A DNA stretch of 62,982 bases, the filler included, from Collodictyon triciliatum (taxonomy: Eukaryota): the NCBI GenBank assembly GCA_043381765.1. It is 3 parts of 3 records of this genome, joined end to end, with 100 filler letters (N's around TTAATTAATTAA, not from the genome) between each part and the next. Parts side by side here need not be neighbours in the genome. Positions count along the whole stretch, not along the records: positions 22,811 to 47,572 come from JBHJMP010001075.1; positions 47,673 to 62,982 come from JBHJMP010001092.1; 1 more part is not named here. One strand, 5' to 3'. A program made the position numbers and the translations under genes. Below the pieces are notes generated by a model. The model was not told the DNA's origin. It did no database searches and saw only the letters and a list, made by a program, of their open reading frames with translations. Below, one piece after another: positions 39,036 through 55,100 of the stretch (its first letter is position 1; every line of letters begins with the position of its first letter).

Positions 39036-40510
39036 TTGGTTCCAACACGGGTGCGGAGTGACCCCGAGTTTCACTTAAGTCTAGAAAGACTCGTACAAGG
39101 AAGCCGCCTGCAAGTCTGTCTGATCGGACAGTATTTTTGCACGGGGTCGAGCAAGTCGTTTACAAACAAGAACAAGGCCCGCAGGCTCACAGATGCGCTC
39201 GCCTCCTTCTTGAAAGCGAACAAACTTTGGGAAGAGTCCATCCAATTGTGCTTACCGGACAGCGAAGGCCTTTGCCTGATTGCCTCCGCACTGCAGAAAA
39301 CGCCCGAAAGCTTCTGGAGCTGAAGCAGGTAAGTTTGAGTGATATTACAATCAGCTCCAGCAGAAGTAAACCAACAGATACCTCGGTGATGCTCTACCAA
39401 CTACCGCTGGACGTGTGGCCGCAACTCATTCGCGAGGAGTTGATGCCGTTCAGACTGACCCACGTGGTGATCAAAAAGGACAAAGGCTTCTTCACGTATA
39501 CAGCCGGTGAAGCTTCCTAGCCACAAGAATCAGCTCCCTGCAAAGTTTACGGTCATGGGAAAAAGTGCCCAAAGCGCAACCTCAAAGAGCATCCACCAGC
39601 CGCGAACAACTAAAGACAAGCAAAAGCTTCGCAAAAGAATACACCAGATAAGCAGACAAGCAGCAACGGGGTCAAGGAAGCCAAGGCCAGGCAACAACTG
39701 AGCCCGCAAGACATACAGCAGATAAGCACATACAGCGACATCGACAATGACATGGAAGGAAATCTCGGTTCCTCTTCAGAATCCTCGCACTCGAGCCCTC
39801 CACTGCCAACACCGGACAAGCCCACTTATCACAAGACCCAAGAGCAGCGCATCTCCATACCCCGAAAGAAATCCCCCCTTAAACAACCTATTCAGACTGA
39901 CGTGAATATGGTTAACATAGGAGGCATCAAGGTAGTCTTCGTTACTTATCCGAAAGTATACTCCAAAGCGAAGGCAACACAAGAACCAGTGCCCACCAAA
40001 GATAGTCCGTTTACGCTGCCCCAGCTCGTCACACCGAGAACCAAGGAGCAAGAGCAAACACCACAAGTCGAATCCAAGTTTGGAACTCAATACCAAAGAC
40101 AGTCCGAGCAAGCAGGAGCGTGTGTTTCTAAAACCAAAAACGCATATCCATACTCCGGTTAAGCAAAATCCACTGCCGGCTACGCATGGTCTCGAAACCA
40201 GGGGACGGTCAAGCGCCACTACCGTTGATACCAGACAAACAACGATGCATCGCTTTTTGTCAGAGTCGCCCAGCAAGAAACGCAAGGAATGTGACCCGTT
40301 GTCTCTTCAAAAGACTCATCCTGTGGAATGAAATAGGATGTAAACCTTGTCTGTGATGGATGATTGAAAGGACTCGTCAGAATCGATTTGAGAAGTAACT
40401 GCCATGTGCGTACTTTCATCGACCCGACAACTTTATCCGCTCTTCTGTCAGTCTCGAATACAACCAGAAATCGTATTGGATTGAACCACATCGGGTAGAA
40501 TAGTCTTCGT
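39036..40510 (+). mobile_element. Decayed non-LTR retrotransposon 5' part (ORF1-like, possible start of endonuclease)
   Basis: Frameshifted intronless ORF with RRM-like LYQLPLDVWPQLIREEL and a low-complexity Ser/Lys/Gln tail. A second copy lies at 42530-43214. Confidence 0.55.
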
Positions 40511-40680
40511 GTGAGAACACTTTCTCTCCTTTCTATATGTTCTTTTTCTTTTTCTTTTATTCCTCTTCCACCCAAAACACAAAAACTCCAACCACACAAT
40601 CCGGGGTTTTCCACTGTCTTGTCCACAGCTCATTTTTGTCCTATAAGCAAAGGCAGTGACCTGGTCTTTTTCCTTAAAAT

Positions 40681-40703
40681 TTTTTTCCTTTATTAGATTC
40701 AAA
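40681..40703 (-). mobile_element. Ultra-short A-tailed insertion, copy 3
   Basis: TTTGAATCTAATAAAGGAAAAAA flanked by an 18-bp repeat (40663-40680, 40704-40721; 15/18 identical). Confidence 0.65.
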
Positions 40704-40926
40704 GATCTTTTCCCCTAAAATAAGCTGTTGAAATGAAACCAAAACAAAATACAACTGGACAAGGGTACATATGAAAGAATTCATTCCTTCATACATAAGG
40801 GCAGCTTGCGATCTATTAAAAAGACAATCAGGAAATTTCAATAATAAATCAGTAGTGGTGAAAAATAAGATGGGAGAAAAAATTGGATGCAGAGGGAGAT
40901 ACAATTTAATAAATTACTACCAAATA

Positions 40927-40946
40927 TTTGAATCGAATAAAGGAAA
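40927..40946 (+). mobile_element. Ultra-short A-tailed insertion, copy 4
   Basis: TTTGAATCGAATAAAGGAAA flanked by 19-bp AATAAATT(A/G)CTACCAAATA (40908-40926, 40947-40965; 18/19 identical). Confidence 0.7.
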
Positions 40947-41263
40947 AATAAATTGCTACCAAATAAATAGAAATTTAAAAATAGAGTGACTATGAGAATG
41001 AAGAAACCTCTTGAGAAAGCTCAAACATGAATACGATATAAAAGTGAGTAGATTAAAACTGCAGGGGCTTCAACCTGGGAGATGTTATTGAAGATGACCG
41101 AAAACAAATTTCAAAAGTCCCTAAGCATCATCTCAAGGGGCTCCTATAGCTACCCATCCTTTAAAAAATAAAGAAACAGTGAGAAAATAATAACATCCTA
41201 TTAGAATTGAGTTGAATAAAAAATTTTCCTTGAAATTAGGTACGTTTTAAAGTAATGAATACT

Positions 41264-41288
41264 GTTTCTTCCCTTTATTAATACAAAG
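41264..41288 (-). mobile_element. Ultra-short A-tailed insertion, degenerate copy 5
   Basis: Plus strand GTTTCTTCCCTTTATTAATACAAAG flanked by AAAGTAATGAATA(C/G)T (41249-41263, 41289-41303). Confidence 0.5.
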
Positions 41289-42529
41289 AAAGTAATGAAT
41301 AGTATAATAATTTTACCTTTGATATTACGTACAAAACAACAGTAAAAGGGATGTATATTGCAGAAAATTATTCTTTAGAGTGTTTTAAAACTTTGCGAAC
41401 TACCAAGACACACTTTACCCAACAAAGAAATAAATTTCACACACTAGCTATGGACAATGGCGGCACTAAAGCTGGATTGGGAACATGATACACTCTTCAT
41501 AATTAAACATGAAAGTGACGTAAAAATACAATAATAATAACCAACACGGTGTAAAATAATACAAAAACACTCGCTGCTGATAACCATGCAAAATACGACA
41601 CGACCCTTCCAATTTTTAGATTATTTTTACGATAGCTTAAATGATTTAAGGACAGCAGCATCGACTTTTTTTTTAAATATTAGGCATAAATTGATGGAAT
41701 CGAAAAATTACTAAAGACTGTTTTTAGACAAAGTTTTGGCCATATCTGCATTCTATTTCAAGATAGAAATTATAACCAAAATTTTAATGTAAATTTTAGA
41801 GAAAATCCTGGATACATAAATCGTCTACTTTAATAGAAAAATTCTAGTCATGCTATAGACGAAGGAAGATAGAAATTTTCCTGATGCAGGTTAGCTGAAT
41901 ACAAATACAAATACAAATTGATATAAGAGATAAACAGAATAATTGGAACATTCGAGAAGGGTTGGGTAGTCTAATTATTAGCGTGGACATATATTTGTAT
42001 GGAATGGTTGAAAATTCACCCAATATTTCACTCGCACTTAAGAAAATATACAGAAATTAATGAGAAATACATACATGATTGAGTGAAACTTTTAGTCCGA
42101 AAAAATAAAATGATATCAAAAGGGGAGAATAATGGAATAAATTGATCCTTAAAAGTTAAATGCAAACAGGGAACACGGAATAGATTCGCGCGAGGAAAAA
42201 TTGATGGGCAAGAAAGACGAAAAAGAATTTTAATTAATACCCAGGAAAACAGAGCGATGAATGAAGCAAGGATAAGCGCCATGAAAAAGATAATGGGGAC
42301 AAATAGCTAGCATCGAGATTGTTGCTTGAATAATAATGAAGTAGTAACAAATACATTCCCAAAAGAGTGACATATACTCAAGTGTCTATCCCCAATCTAA
42401 ATTCAACATTCATGTCTTATTGAGTGTCCCTAAATAACAAATTGAGTGTCCCTAAATAACAAACAAAAGATAAAAGATGGGAACAACCTAGTCTTGATAG
42501 GATAACATCTTTTCCATAGCAAAAATTTT

Positions 42530-43214
42530 ACTTGTTTTATGACCATGCGTAGCCGGCAGTGGACTTTGCTTAACCGGAGTATGGATACGCGTTTGTGGTT
42601 TTAGAAACATACGCTCCTGCTTGCTCGGAATGTCTTTAGTGTGTGAAGTTCCAAGCTTGGATTCGACTTGTGGTGTTTGTTCTTGCTCCTTGGTTCTCTG
42701 TGCGACGGGCTGGGGCAGCGTAAACGGACTATCTTTGGTGGGCGCTGGTTCTTGTGTTGCCTTCGCTTTGGAGTATCCTTTCGGATAAGTAACGATGACT
42801 GCCTTGAGGCCTCCTATGTTAACCATATTCACGTCAGTCTGAGTGGGTAGTTCAAAGGGGAAATTCCTTCGGGGTTTGGAGATGCGCTGCTCTTGGGTCT
42901 TGCGATGTGCGGGCTTGCCTAGTGTTGGCGGTGGAGTGCTCGAGTGCGAAGATGCCGAAGAGGAACCGAGATTTCCTTCCATGTCATCGTCGCTGTCGCT
43001 GTATGTGTGTATCTGCTGTGAGTCTTGCGTAATCTGTTGTTGCCTGGCCTTGGCTTCCGTGACCCCGTTGCTGCTTGTCTGCTTGGCAGGTGTATTCTGT
43101 TGCGGGGCTTTTACTTGCCGTTCGTTGTTCTCGGCTGGCGGACGCTCTTTGAGGATGCGCTTTGGACACTTCTTGCCCATGACCGTAAACTGTGCAGGGA
43201 GCTGGTTCTTGTGG
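42530..43214 (-). mobile_element. Inverted partial copy of the ORF1-like element (matches ~39521-40200)
   Basis: Shared HKNQLPAxFTVMGK ... MEGNLGSSS ... TDVNMVNIGG ... KQxPLPATHG at protein and DNA level. Confidence 0.85.
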
Positions 43215-43933
43215 GTGACGAACTGGTTGCAGCTTGAAGTCTTCGATACATGTAGCACTCCTGTATTCCATCAGGCGTGGGAAGCTCAGTTACCAGAAGT
43301 GTTACTTTTTGAGATAAGATTTGAAAATCTGCAAGCAGACTCGTTGAAAGATTGGCAAACATCCGAAAAGTTCAAATCCTCTATCAAACACATAATCGAA
43401 ACTGACAACGGTCGATTCTGTGCCGCGCAATGTCATGGCGATGCACAACCAACCATATTTCAGTATGATTTATACTACCCAAATGATATTGGACCAGAGG
43501 CATTTGATGAGAGAATGGTATTAGAGGTCTTTGAAGCGACAAATGATAGCACGAAGCACAGTCAAAATAACTTCAGCATCAAAACATGAACAAAAAAGAA
43601 AAGAAAATGCGATGAATTGCAAAAATCAGGAGTTGGGATAGAATATCCAAATGCATGGCACGTGAAGAGTGCAGGCGATGCTAAGCAACAAGAACAAGTT
43701 GGGATGCTTATTCATAATTGGTGTCAACGAAATTGACTGATTGTTGGAAAGTTTTTTTTTATCTATTTCTGCCCACGCTGGCGGAAGCATATAATTCATG
43801 TTTACCAAAAACATAATAGACATTAGATTATCACATGATAAAATAAAGTAGACAAATGGGGCGAAGAATAAGAACATAAGCCTAATCTCAAAGGAAATCT
43901 AGTATACAGGCTCGGTGTATGGAACATCGGACG

Positions 43934-47168
<3,235 letters not shown>

Positions 47169-47334
47169 CAATGTGGACTGGGGATCTAATACCCCTACGT
47201 TTAGCCAACTGAAAAAAATTGTGACATTAGTTAGGGTGATGTTTTTGGTACGTGTTTTCTTCTTTCCCCAAACATTAGAGGAAAGACTATGGAGGCGACT
47301 TTTGGCTGGAAACAAGCTGTCGATTCCGTACAAG

Positions 47335-47572
47335 TGTTTTTTGTTTTGCTTTTTGTTTTGTTTTGTTTTTTATTTTGTTTTTTGTTTGGTTTTTTGTTTG
47401 GTTTTTTGTTTGGTTTTTTGTTTGGTTTTTTGTTTGGTTTTTTGTTTGGTTTTTTGTTTGGTTTTTTGTTTGGTTTTGTTTGGTTTTTTGTTTTGTTTTG
47501 TTTTTTTGTTTTTTTGTTTTTTGTTTTTTGTTTTTTGTTTTTTGTTTTTTGTTTTTTGTTTTTTGTTTTTTG
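47335..47572. repeat. Compound (TTTTTTGTTTGG)n/(TTTTTTG)n tandem repeat at a contig end
   Basis: Seen directly in the sequence. Confidence 0.95.
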
Positions 47573-47672
47573 NNNNNNNNNNNNNNNNNNNNNNNNNNNN
47601 NNNNNNNNNNNNNNNNTTAATTAATTAANNNNNNNNNNNNNNNNNNNNNNNNNNNNNNNNNNNNNNNNNNNN
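47573..47672. other. Artificial contig-joining spacer
   Basis: 44 N + TTAATTAATTAA + 44 N = 100 bp. Confidence 0.95.
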
Positions 47673-48540
47673 CCTCCTCCCTATTTGTCGCGCCTCCTTT
47701 TTGTTTGTTTTCTGTTATTCAACCCTGTGGGGGCCTCTTTTTTTTTTTTTTTTTTTTTATTATTATTAACCGTGTAAAGACATAACTATCATCTTTAGAT
47801 ACCATTCTCAAGACACACTGTGGGATGATTCACACTTAGCTTCTTTATTTCCAGTATAACACACCCAGCTCTCTTTGCGGCCCTGGTCTTCATCGCATTC
47901 GTCGGCGTTTATATTTTCTCTATAAAATCGCCAAGAGTACCTGTTCAAGTTTTCGGATTCAACCTTTCAGAAAAGCAAGTGTTTGGACTGTATGCTGCTT
48001 GTAAGGGACTCTTTGTTTCAACAGTATAATATTGAGCCATCATTTTTGCGATTTTCATTTTTTTAACCTAGTTTCGCATTACTTTCCCCCAACCGTCTCG
48101 GAAGCATCTGTTGTACTTCTTATTTGGACTGGAGCCATCCACAATCTGTCTGGTCTGTACTTTGCAATGCTTGGTATGAATTAAACAGCAACGACTAACT
48201 AGATTTGGTTGAAATAATAATTGAGGTGGTCAGCCTCTTCACAAACAAGGCGACCTTGGCATCCGCCCAATAACAGAGTATCCAAACATCATAGGTTGCT
48301 CTTTTCACTGCATACTTCGCAAGAGAAACTTGGCCAACAAGGCCTCCGCTTTCGCTGCAGAGTTGAGGATTTAGCAGGACAATATCTAACACAACAAAAT
48401 AATATGAACCAATTACAAGGTGTCAGATTCGATGACTGCAGTGTAGAATTTCTCACTTTCGTTTATGTTGGTGTGCCTTTAATGAGAAAGAAAGAATGCG
48501 CTTGTTGTCGAACGCGATTTGAATGTTGGTGTCACATTCG

Positions 48541-51500
48541 TCACACGAAGAGCCCGGCTAATGCCATTAGTACAGCAAAAAGCATGCAGCTTGAGTTGAG
48601 GTGGGCACTGAAAGCACTCCCAGGTTCAGGTTGTTTCGAGTCGCCCCAAAGATTCTCAGTGCCAAAGTACTGCTTCGAATAGCTTTTGACGCGCTCTGTT
48701 TCTGGGACGAAGTCTATGGTAATCCTTTTGGCAAGGCATGTCGAATCGAAGCGGTCTGAGTCAGACTTGACGAATGATGCAACAATCTCCAAGCCGCATG
48801 GAATATCGCTGGATGTTTGCTTCGAAAAGATTCCGAGTGCGTGAACCTGTTTACAGAATAGGAAAGCTTTAAAAACATTTCAAAATATTAATAGGCTTGA
48901 ATAAATAAGAAAAAGAAAAAGAAAAAGAAAAAGAAAAAGAAAAAGAAAAAGAAAAAGAAAAAGAAAAAGAAAAAGAAAAAGAAAAAGAAAAAGAAAAAGA
49001 AAAAGAAAAGTAGAATAATAATCGTAATTACAGAGACTATCGCAAAAGTATATGAGCAAACCCCTTCCTCGAAGACAACATACTGCAGCCTTGAAAAGCC
49101 ATTCTCTCTGTACTTATCATAGACAAGGTTCGCAAAGTCCAAGGGTGTAGCAGAATCAAGGTCTCCATTCATCAACAGAACGGGGACTGTAATTCCAGAC
49201 GCGAATTGGTTGTGGTACTCATCGGGTACATAAGTATTCCAATAAGGCTTCAAAATACATGACTCGTAGCTAATATATACTGCTGAATATCCTATATCTG
49301 CATCACTGTAGACCTAGGGTCGAATTTCGTTTAGTCTTTTGTGTTCAAAAGTGAGACAGTTGTATACATTTTAACAAAGAGTCTAGATGAAGATGAAACA
49401 ACAAGGAAGTGAAGAAAAAAAAGAAAAAAGAAAGAGAAAAACCCGTTCGCAGCTCGGAATGGGTTCTCCATCGTTGTACAGTTCAGAAAGGCGAATATTA
49501 TTTCCAAGTGATTCAGACGAGAGGATTGGTTCGTCTATGCGAGGTTTCGCTGGAGCAGATCCCTTGTAATTTACCAAGTAATCATCAAAGAACTTAAGAA
49601 TGGCAGTTTTGTCATCACTGTTGCATCGCTTCGCTCTGTAGATGAAGGCGGGCCACAATTCACGCAGCAGCTCGGATGACTGGAGGGAGAAAAAGGCAAT
49701 CCTATGGGTTTATTTATCGGATAAGGGTCGTTATGGTATAATATACCTTTGCTATTACTCAGCACGTAGAAAAAATATTGAAATTTTGTCATTCGTCAGA
49801 AGAGAAACCTAAAGTCACCGTCTGTATAACCCGGGCGTTCCCGTTCCACACAATATTGCCCCTCTTTGGCCATTTTTAAGAAGTTTTCGACATTGAACAG
49901 GGCTGACGCTTTGTTACCAAGTTTAGACGAACAAGTAGCATCGTCACTACAGCGCTCATAAAACTGTTCAGCAACAGTATCAGCGATTGTGTCGTATGAA
50001 AGAATGCGACATTTAGTTGATGGACATACACCGTCCAGAATAACCTAAATGGGTGATTCATGCGTTACTACTTAATGGTCCTCATCGATTCGATTGTCTC
50101 CTTATATGTAAATTTATCAAGGCCAAATATGCGAGAAAAATACATATAAAATAGAAAGAATATATCAGAGTGGTACCTTCGAGGCTAGGGTCGGATAAAG
50201 CAACATGAAGCGATTGAGCAAGTAGGTTCCGTACGAAATTCCGTAAACAGTATTAGTCTGCTCTGCTACAGACACATCCTTGATAGCGAAGGCCAAATCT
50301 CTACAAAAAATAATTACTTTTAATTATATATGCATCAAAAGAGACTTGGTGCACAATTTTCCTAGGACAACAATCGTAAAGGGCGACCTCGCAGCCATCG
50401 TGGTGGAGAAAAAATGGAGTTCATCCCCATATTGTTCATTCAGTTCTTGTGAGCAGTTACTTCCTCTAAATTCATTGGGGCATCCCTACGGTTAGCCATT
50501 AAGATCGAAAGAGTTTAGGAAAGATAAAATGACATCAGCGAAAAAAGCGAAATGAATTCAAATTCAAACACTGTGAGTTGACAATTACAAGTCTAGTGGA
50601 ATAGCCCGTTCCTCTGTGATGGGGAACATAGACATTGTATTCATCTCCAAGAATTGAATAAAGGGCATATGCTAGGTCGTTGATGAGACCACCAGCGCCT
50701 CCAGGACCACCGTCAATGACCCAAACATTTCCTTTTGCCGAACCAGCCCCTATAGTTTAACCGCCGATATAGAATCTCAGGTGACTAACACGTCGATAGA
50801 GGTCATCACACCCTCATATTTTGGAATACTCGATAGGTTTCAATCAGATATACACGTATGGTGGCTGATCAGAGTTTTTCATGACCGAGGAGATTGATCA
50901 TTAACGGGGCGATCAAGGAAATGAGCTGGACCAATAAAAGGTCAGCAAACCTCGGGGTGGTGTAAAACGCTTCATGAACCAAGTGATGTTACGAGACTCC
51001 TTATCATCCCAATTGAGAGGAACGCTCACAGAAGTGCATTCAACCTAGATAAGCAGAAGCATGTTTGCTGAAAAGGCATGGACTTGGTATGTGTACATAT
51101 TTAGAAATGCGTAAAGAAAGCACTGGCAGCATTACGGATCATTTGGTTAACGAGGTGAGTTATATTTGCATTTAGTGATCTTTGGGGCGATTGGGCACTC
51201 GAAGTTTACTTACAATAGGCTCAGCCTTTGAGGCGAATATGCTTTGGCCAAGAACATCAGCTGGGCGATATGGACCTCTCAACTTGTGGAACAGTTTCTG
51301 ATCAGCGGTCTGATCGACAGCGGAGCGATCGGAAGTGATTGCTGCACAAAGTTATTTCGAACAAGTTAGAGAAGCGCTGCGTTGCTTCAATCTGTTTCTT
51401 TTCACTACTTTTGTTTGTAAATAGGAGTTTTGGTCAGAGCCCTTCTTTTCTTTCTCTTTCGAGTCTTGAGCTAGTCGACAGGCTCGCTTTTGTGCTTTGG

Positions 51501-51625
51501 TGTTACATACGCTCGTCTCGATCGTTGACGCTACAGGATGCCCACTCGGAAGAGCCCGCGCTGCCAACTGCGAGCAGAGCCGCAAGTACGCAGGCGAGAT
51601 AGGCCAGGGCCAAGGAGCGCAGCAT
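48541..51625 (-). CDS. Secreted, probably GPI-anchored S33/TAP-like alpha/beta-hydrolase peptidase, multi-exon
   Basis: Signal peptide MLRSLALAYLACVLAALLAVGSA + WASC, VPLNW, GGPGG, HRGTG, nucleophile YGISYGT, NGDLDSATP, hydrophobic C-terminal tail. Confidence 0.88.
48909..49009. repeat. (GAAAAA)n microsatellite, intronic
   Basis: Seen directly in the sequence. Confidence 0.95.
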
Positions 51626-52194
51626 ACGATAGACCTGGAGAAGTTGTTAGTTTGCCACATGCTTTCCTTGCGTGTTGGGATTCCAGGGCAGGAGAGTTTG
51701 GTTGCGCGTATGAAGTCATGATGTGTGGTCTCTGCGAGTTTGACAGCTTCTTGATGGGTGATCGAGACTGCATTTGATGATGATTCTTCAGTCATTATGG
51801 GTGTGTGCATCTTCATATGTAATGTTGACATTTGTTCTTTTCGTTGTAACTGTTCACAATTCTGGAATTTTCTTGATCAAATCTGAAAAAACGAGCGTGA
51901 AAAGCGGCGATCAAACAGCGTGATCCAATCAAGGCTTCGCCCGGTGAAGCAGCTAAAACTCGACTCCAGGGCGACGGCGCCTTCCTTAGACTCCTGATGA
52001 AGCGCACGAAATGAGTTCTCTCTCTGTCATGAGTATTGCTCAAAGTCCTCCGCAACCGTAGCTGATACCGCGCTTCCCTTGGCTCCTCTTGGCTCTCCCT
52101 CCAAAGCCGCCTTGCCCAAAAGCCGACGCGCACGAGAACACAAGCCAAAGGCCGCATTATCTGCCGCTCTGTTCAAGTCCTCTACAAAAACCTC

Positions 52195-55100
52195 ATGGAT
52201 CCGAAAGTCTCTGCGTCGAAGCCTTTGGTCTCGATTCCCCCGCAGCCGCGGAAGTTGCCCGAGACGTTCCGAGACACAACGCTTTGGGGCAGCATGTCGC
52301 TTGCAAAGTCACTTGACAAGGAGCGGCCTCGCAACCAGTCGGACGGCCACTATCCTGCTTATCGAGACTACGATCTGAAAATGTTTGAGAGGCAGAAGAA
52401 GTGGCTTTCGGCTGCGCCTAATGCCCCGCCTCCCGGGGTGCCTGCGAAAGGGTAAGTCGTACCTGCAGATATCATTTTGTTCCAATATCATCGTTTTTTT
52501 TCTTTCGTTATTCGGTTGGAGATACCTTCCTCTTTTTTCTTTTTATAATTAACATGTCGCATCATGTTGGAGTGTTTCTTCTGGAGTTATTGTGCTGGTG
52601 GGCGAGTTACTTTGCCCGGTTTATTGCGTCTGGTTGGAGATACATTCAAAGCCATGCCGTATCTCATGACGAAGAAAATGAAAGCTTGAAATACCGAAAA
52701 TCTTTATTGAACAAATAAGACAACATCAAAATTGATCGAAAATACCATAAGCCCGTCATTTCTATGTTTAAATCTAGTTGTTTTTAATCAAAATCATCAG
52801 ACTTCCTGATGATGAAAGGGACACCAAGATCGAAGAAAACGAAGATGCCCTTGTTGCCAACCTTCAAAATACTGATGAACCTGGAGCATCACAATCTCAC
52901 AATAGCCGCTTACAACAATTTCTTCAGGATAGAAAACAAAGGTTTTTTTTTTTGGTGACTCAGTCGATATATTCGATGTCTATTCCAGAGTCAAATACAT
53001 AAGTGCATATATAAACTATCCTCGAATTCAGGAATCCTAAAATATTTCATTTGGTAGACATGACATCGCCTACCAATTGTTCTGTGACTATCTGATCAAT
53101 GTTTCTGAAGATGCCAGACTGAATGTAGAAAATGCCATCATACAGTTTAAAGATAAGATGAAGCTCAGTGATGAAGGTTTCTTTCTCTCCATGTTTCACT
53201 TTATGTATTCACTTCTCATTATCGATAAACTGGTTTTTTTTATACCAAGCTGATTTGCTACCCAGTCAAATCTTAACCACGAAAATCTTTTCTGTCCTGA
53301 ACTAGGTATCGCTGCTGAGCTGGAACTGCTAGACGACTCCAACATAGCCGAGTTGAATAGTATCGGTTTCGACCAATTATGGGAGCGTGTTGCATCGCAC
53401 ACCCCCGTCCGACTTGCCCATATTCACAGTCTGGAGAGCGATTTAGAACGTGCAGAGGTTCGGCGATGCAAACTGATGGAGAAAGGAGCAAAAGAGGCAG
53501 CCATTCAACTGGTTAACATCGGCTACCATCTAGACGATGATGTGGAAAGAATTCTTCAGGTTTCTGCGTCACCTTGAAACAATACTCAAACTTCGAATAC
53601 AAAAATCATGGACACTTACATCATATTCATATTTTTCATCAGGATTATTACATGTTCACCCTTTTCTATATCTCATCCAAGTATTATTGTTGTTATTGTT
53701 ATTATTGCCTCCGCCTATTTCTATGAAGGCAGCCTTTTGAACATTTCGGTATGTCTGACTTGTAGGCCGACGCGCATACTGTCAATATGTCAGCTATTGC
53801 TAATAGAATTGCTTATGCGCAATTGATGGCTTCGTTGCGTATTGAAGAGGCAAAACGAGAGCAGATACAGAGGCGGTATTGGGAATCAAGACGTTCCTCA
53901 TGGAGACAGCTGAGGCACCTTAGAGCTATTTGTAATTTTCTATCATAATTCCTCAACGTAAATAGTTTGTTGTCTCTTTGACAGGAATCTAACACGCGAT
54001 TGCTTGTAATTAGCTAAATTCAAGGAGGCCGTTGCTCAGGATGACTTTACTTTTCCTTCAAGTTGGAAAAATATTTTGAATGACATGAAAATGAAACAGG
54101 AATCTTTTATGGAGAAAGTTAAGGATAAGGTCTGGGAAGGTTTCTTCGTTAAAATATAATGCACGGACGATTGTCTCCCACTTTTTTTTTGAAGTAGCTG
54201 ACTTGTAGCTTTTTTCACAATATTGTTAAGATTCATAGTTTACAAGGAATCAAGCCTCCGTATTACAACGGAAAGTTCGCAAATCAATGGTGCGATGGTT
54301 TAAATGAATTGACAAAACAAGAGGCAAAATCAGTCCACAATTGCATTGTTTCTCTGGGTCACGAACATGTAATATTCAATCTTCCCGAATTTACGTGGAT
54401 GTCAAACCAGAAAAAACGTTATCCTACAATATCATAAAGTGTCCAAATAAAATAAATGATTGATTCCGTCCTCGGTAAACTAACTTTTGTGGAATTAACT
54501 TAGGAATCAATACTCAAAAAATGCGAGACGCTTTTAACTGAAGTTAAAGAGGAATTAATATCATATGGTGTGATGACGCCAGAGGAAACAGAGCAGATGA
54601 TAGAGGGTTTGAAATATCCCATACAGATTTTAATATGATTTTTTGGAGTCAAATGCAATCAACGTGCTTTGTTATCTAAAAAAAAAAAATCATAATTTTA
54701 CCATGCTTGCGATGATTGCTCGCACTACAAACGCCAACATATTAGATGAGTTGCGGCCCATGAGCAAGAGTGTTGTGGATAGTTCCTCTTCTTTTGTTGC
54801 CAACATAAAATCATATTTGAACCAACAATCCGCAAAATTTGTAATCTTGGTGGGAGGCCTGAAAAAATACGTCAACGAAACATCGTTTCTGTTCGACTCG
54901 CATGAAGTAAACCCTTTATGATAAATGATTTACTCGAATTACCATCACGAAACTCTTTGCTGGACTGTATTAACAGTCGCCTACCCGACGATTCATAACT
55001 TTGACTGCAGGAAAATTTGAGGCGTTGTAGAGAGCTAAATCAAACATCCTTAGATGAATTGAAGGCCGGATTCGACGGAACCAACAATGTATACATATTT

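Larger units (their letters stand above)
40740..42430 (+). mobile_element. Heavily decayed AT-rich retroelement ORF2-like remnant
   Basis: A-rich, many stops, only weak RT/zinc-finger-like traces (LQGLQPG, CCLNN..HILKC). Lies between other retro fragments. Confidence 0.3.

Noticed and set aside
40681-40946. MITE with ~23-bp terminal inverted repeats
   Set aside because: Each apparent terminal repeat has its own separate flanking duplication, which favours two independent short insertions.
42419-42463. 22-bp tandem duplication ATTGAGTGTCCCTAAATAACAA
   Set aside because: It is a simple local duplication in decayed repeat DNA.
47760-48400. Coding-like sequence downstream of the peptidase
   Set aside because: There are stops in all frames and no recognisable motif, so it cannot be assigned.
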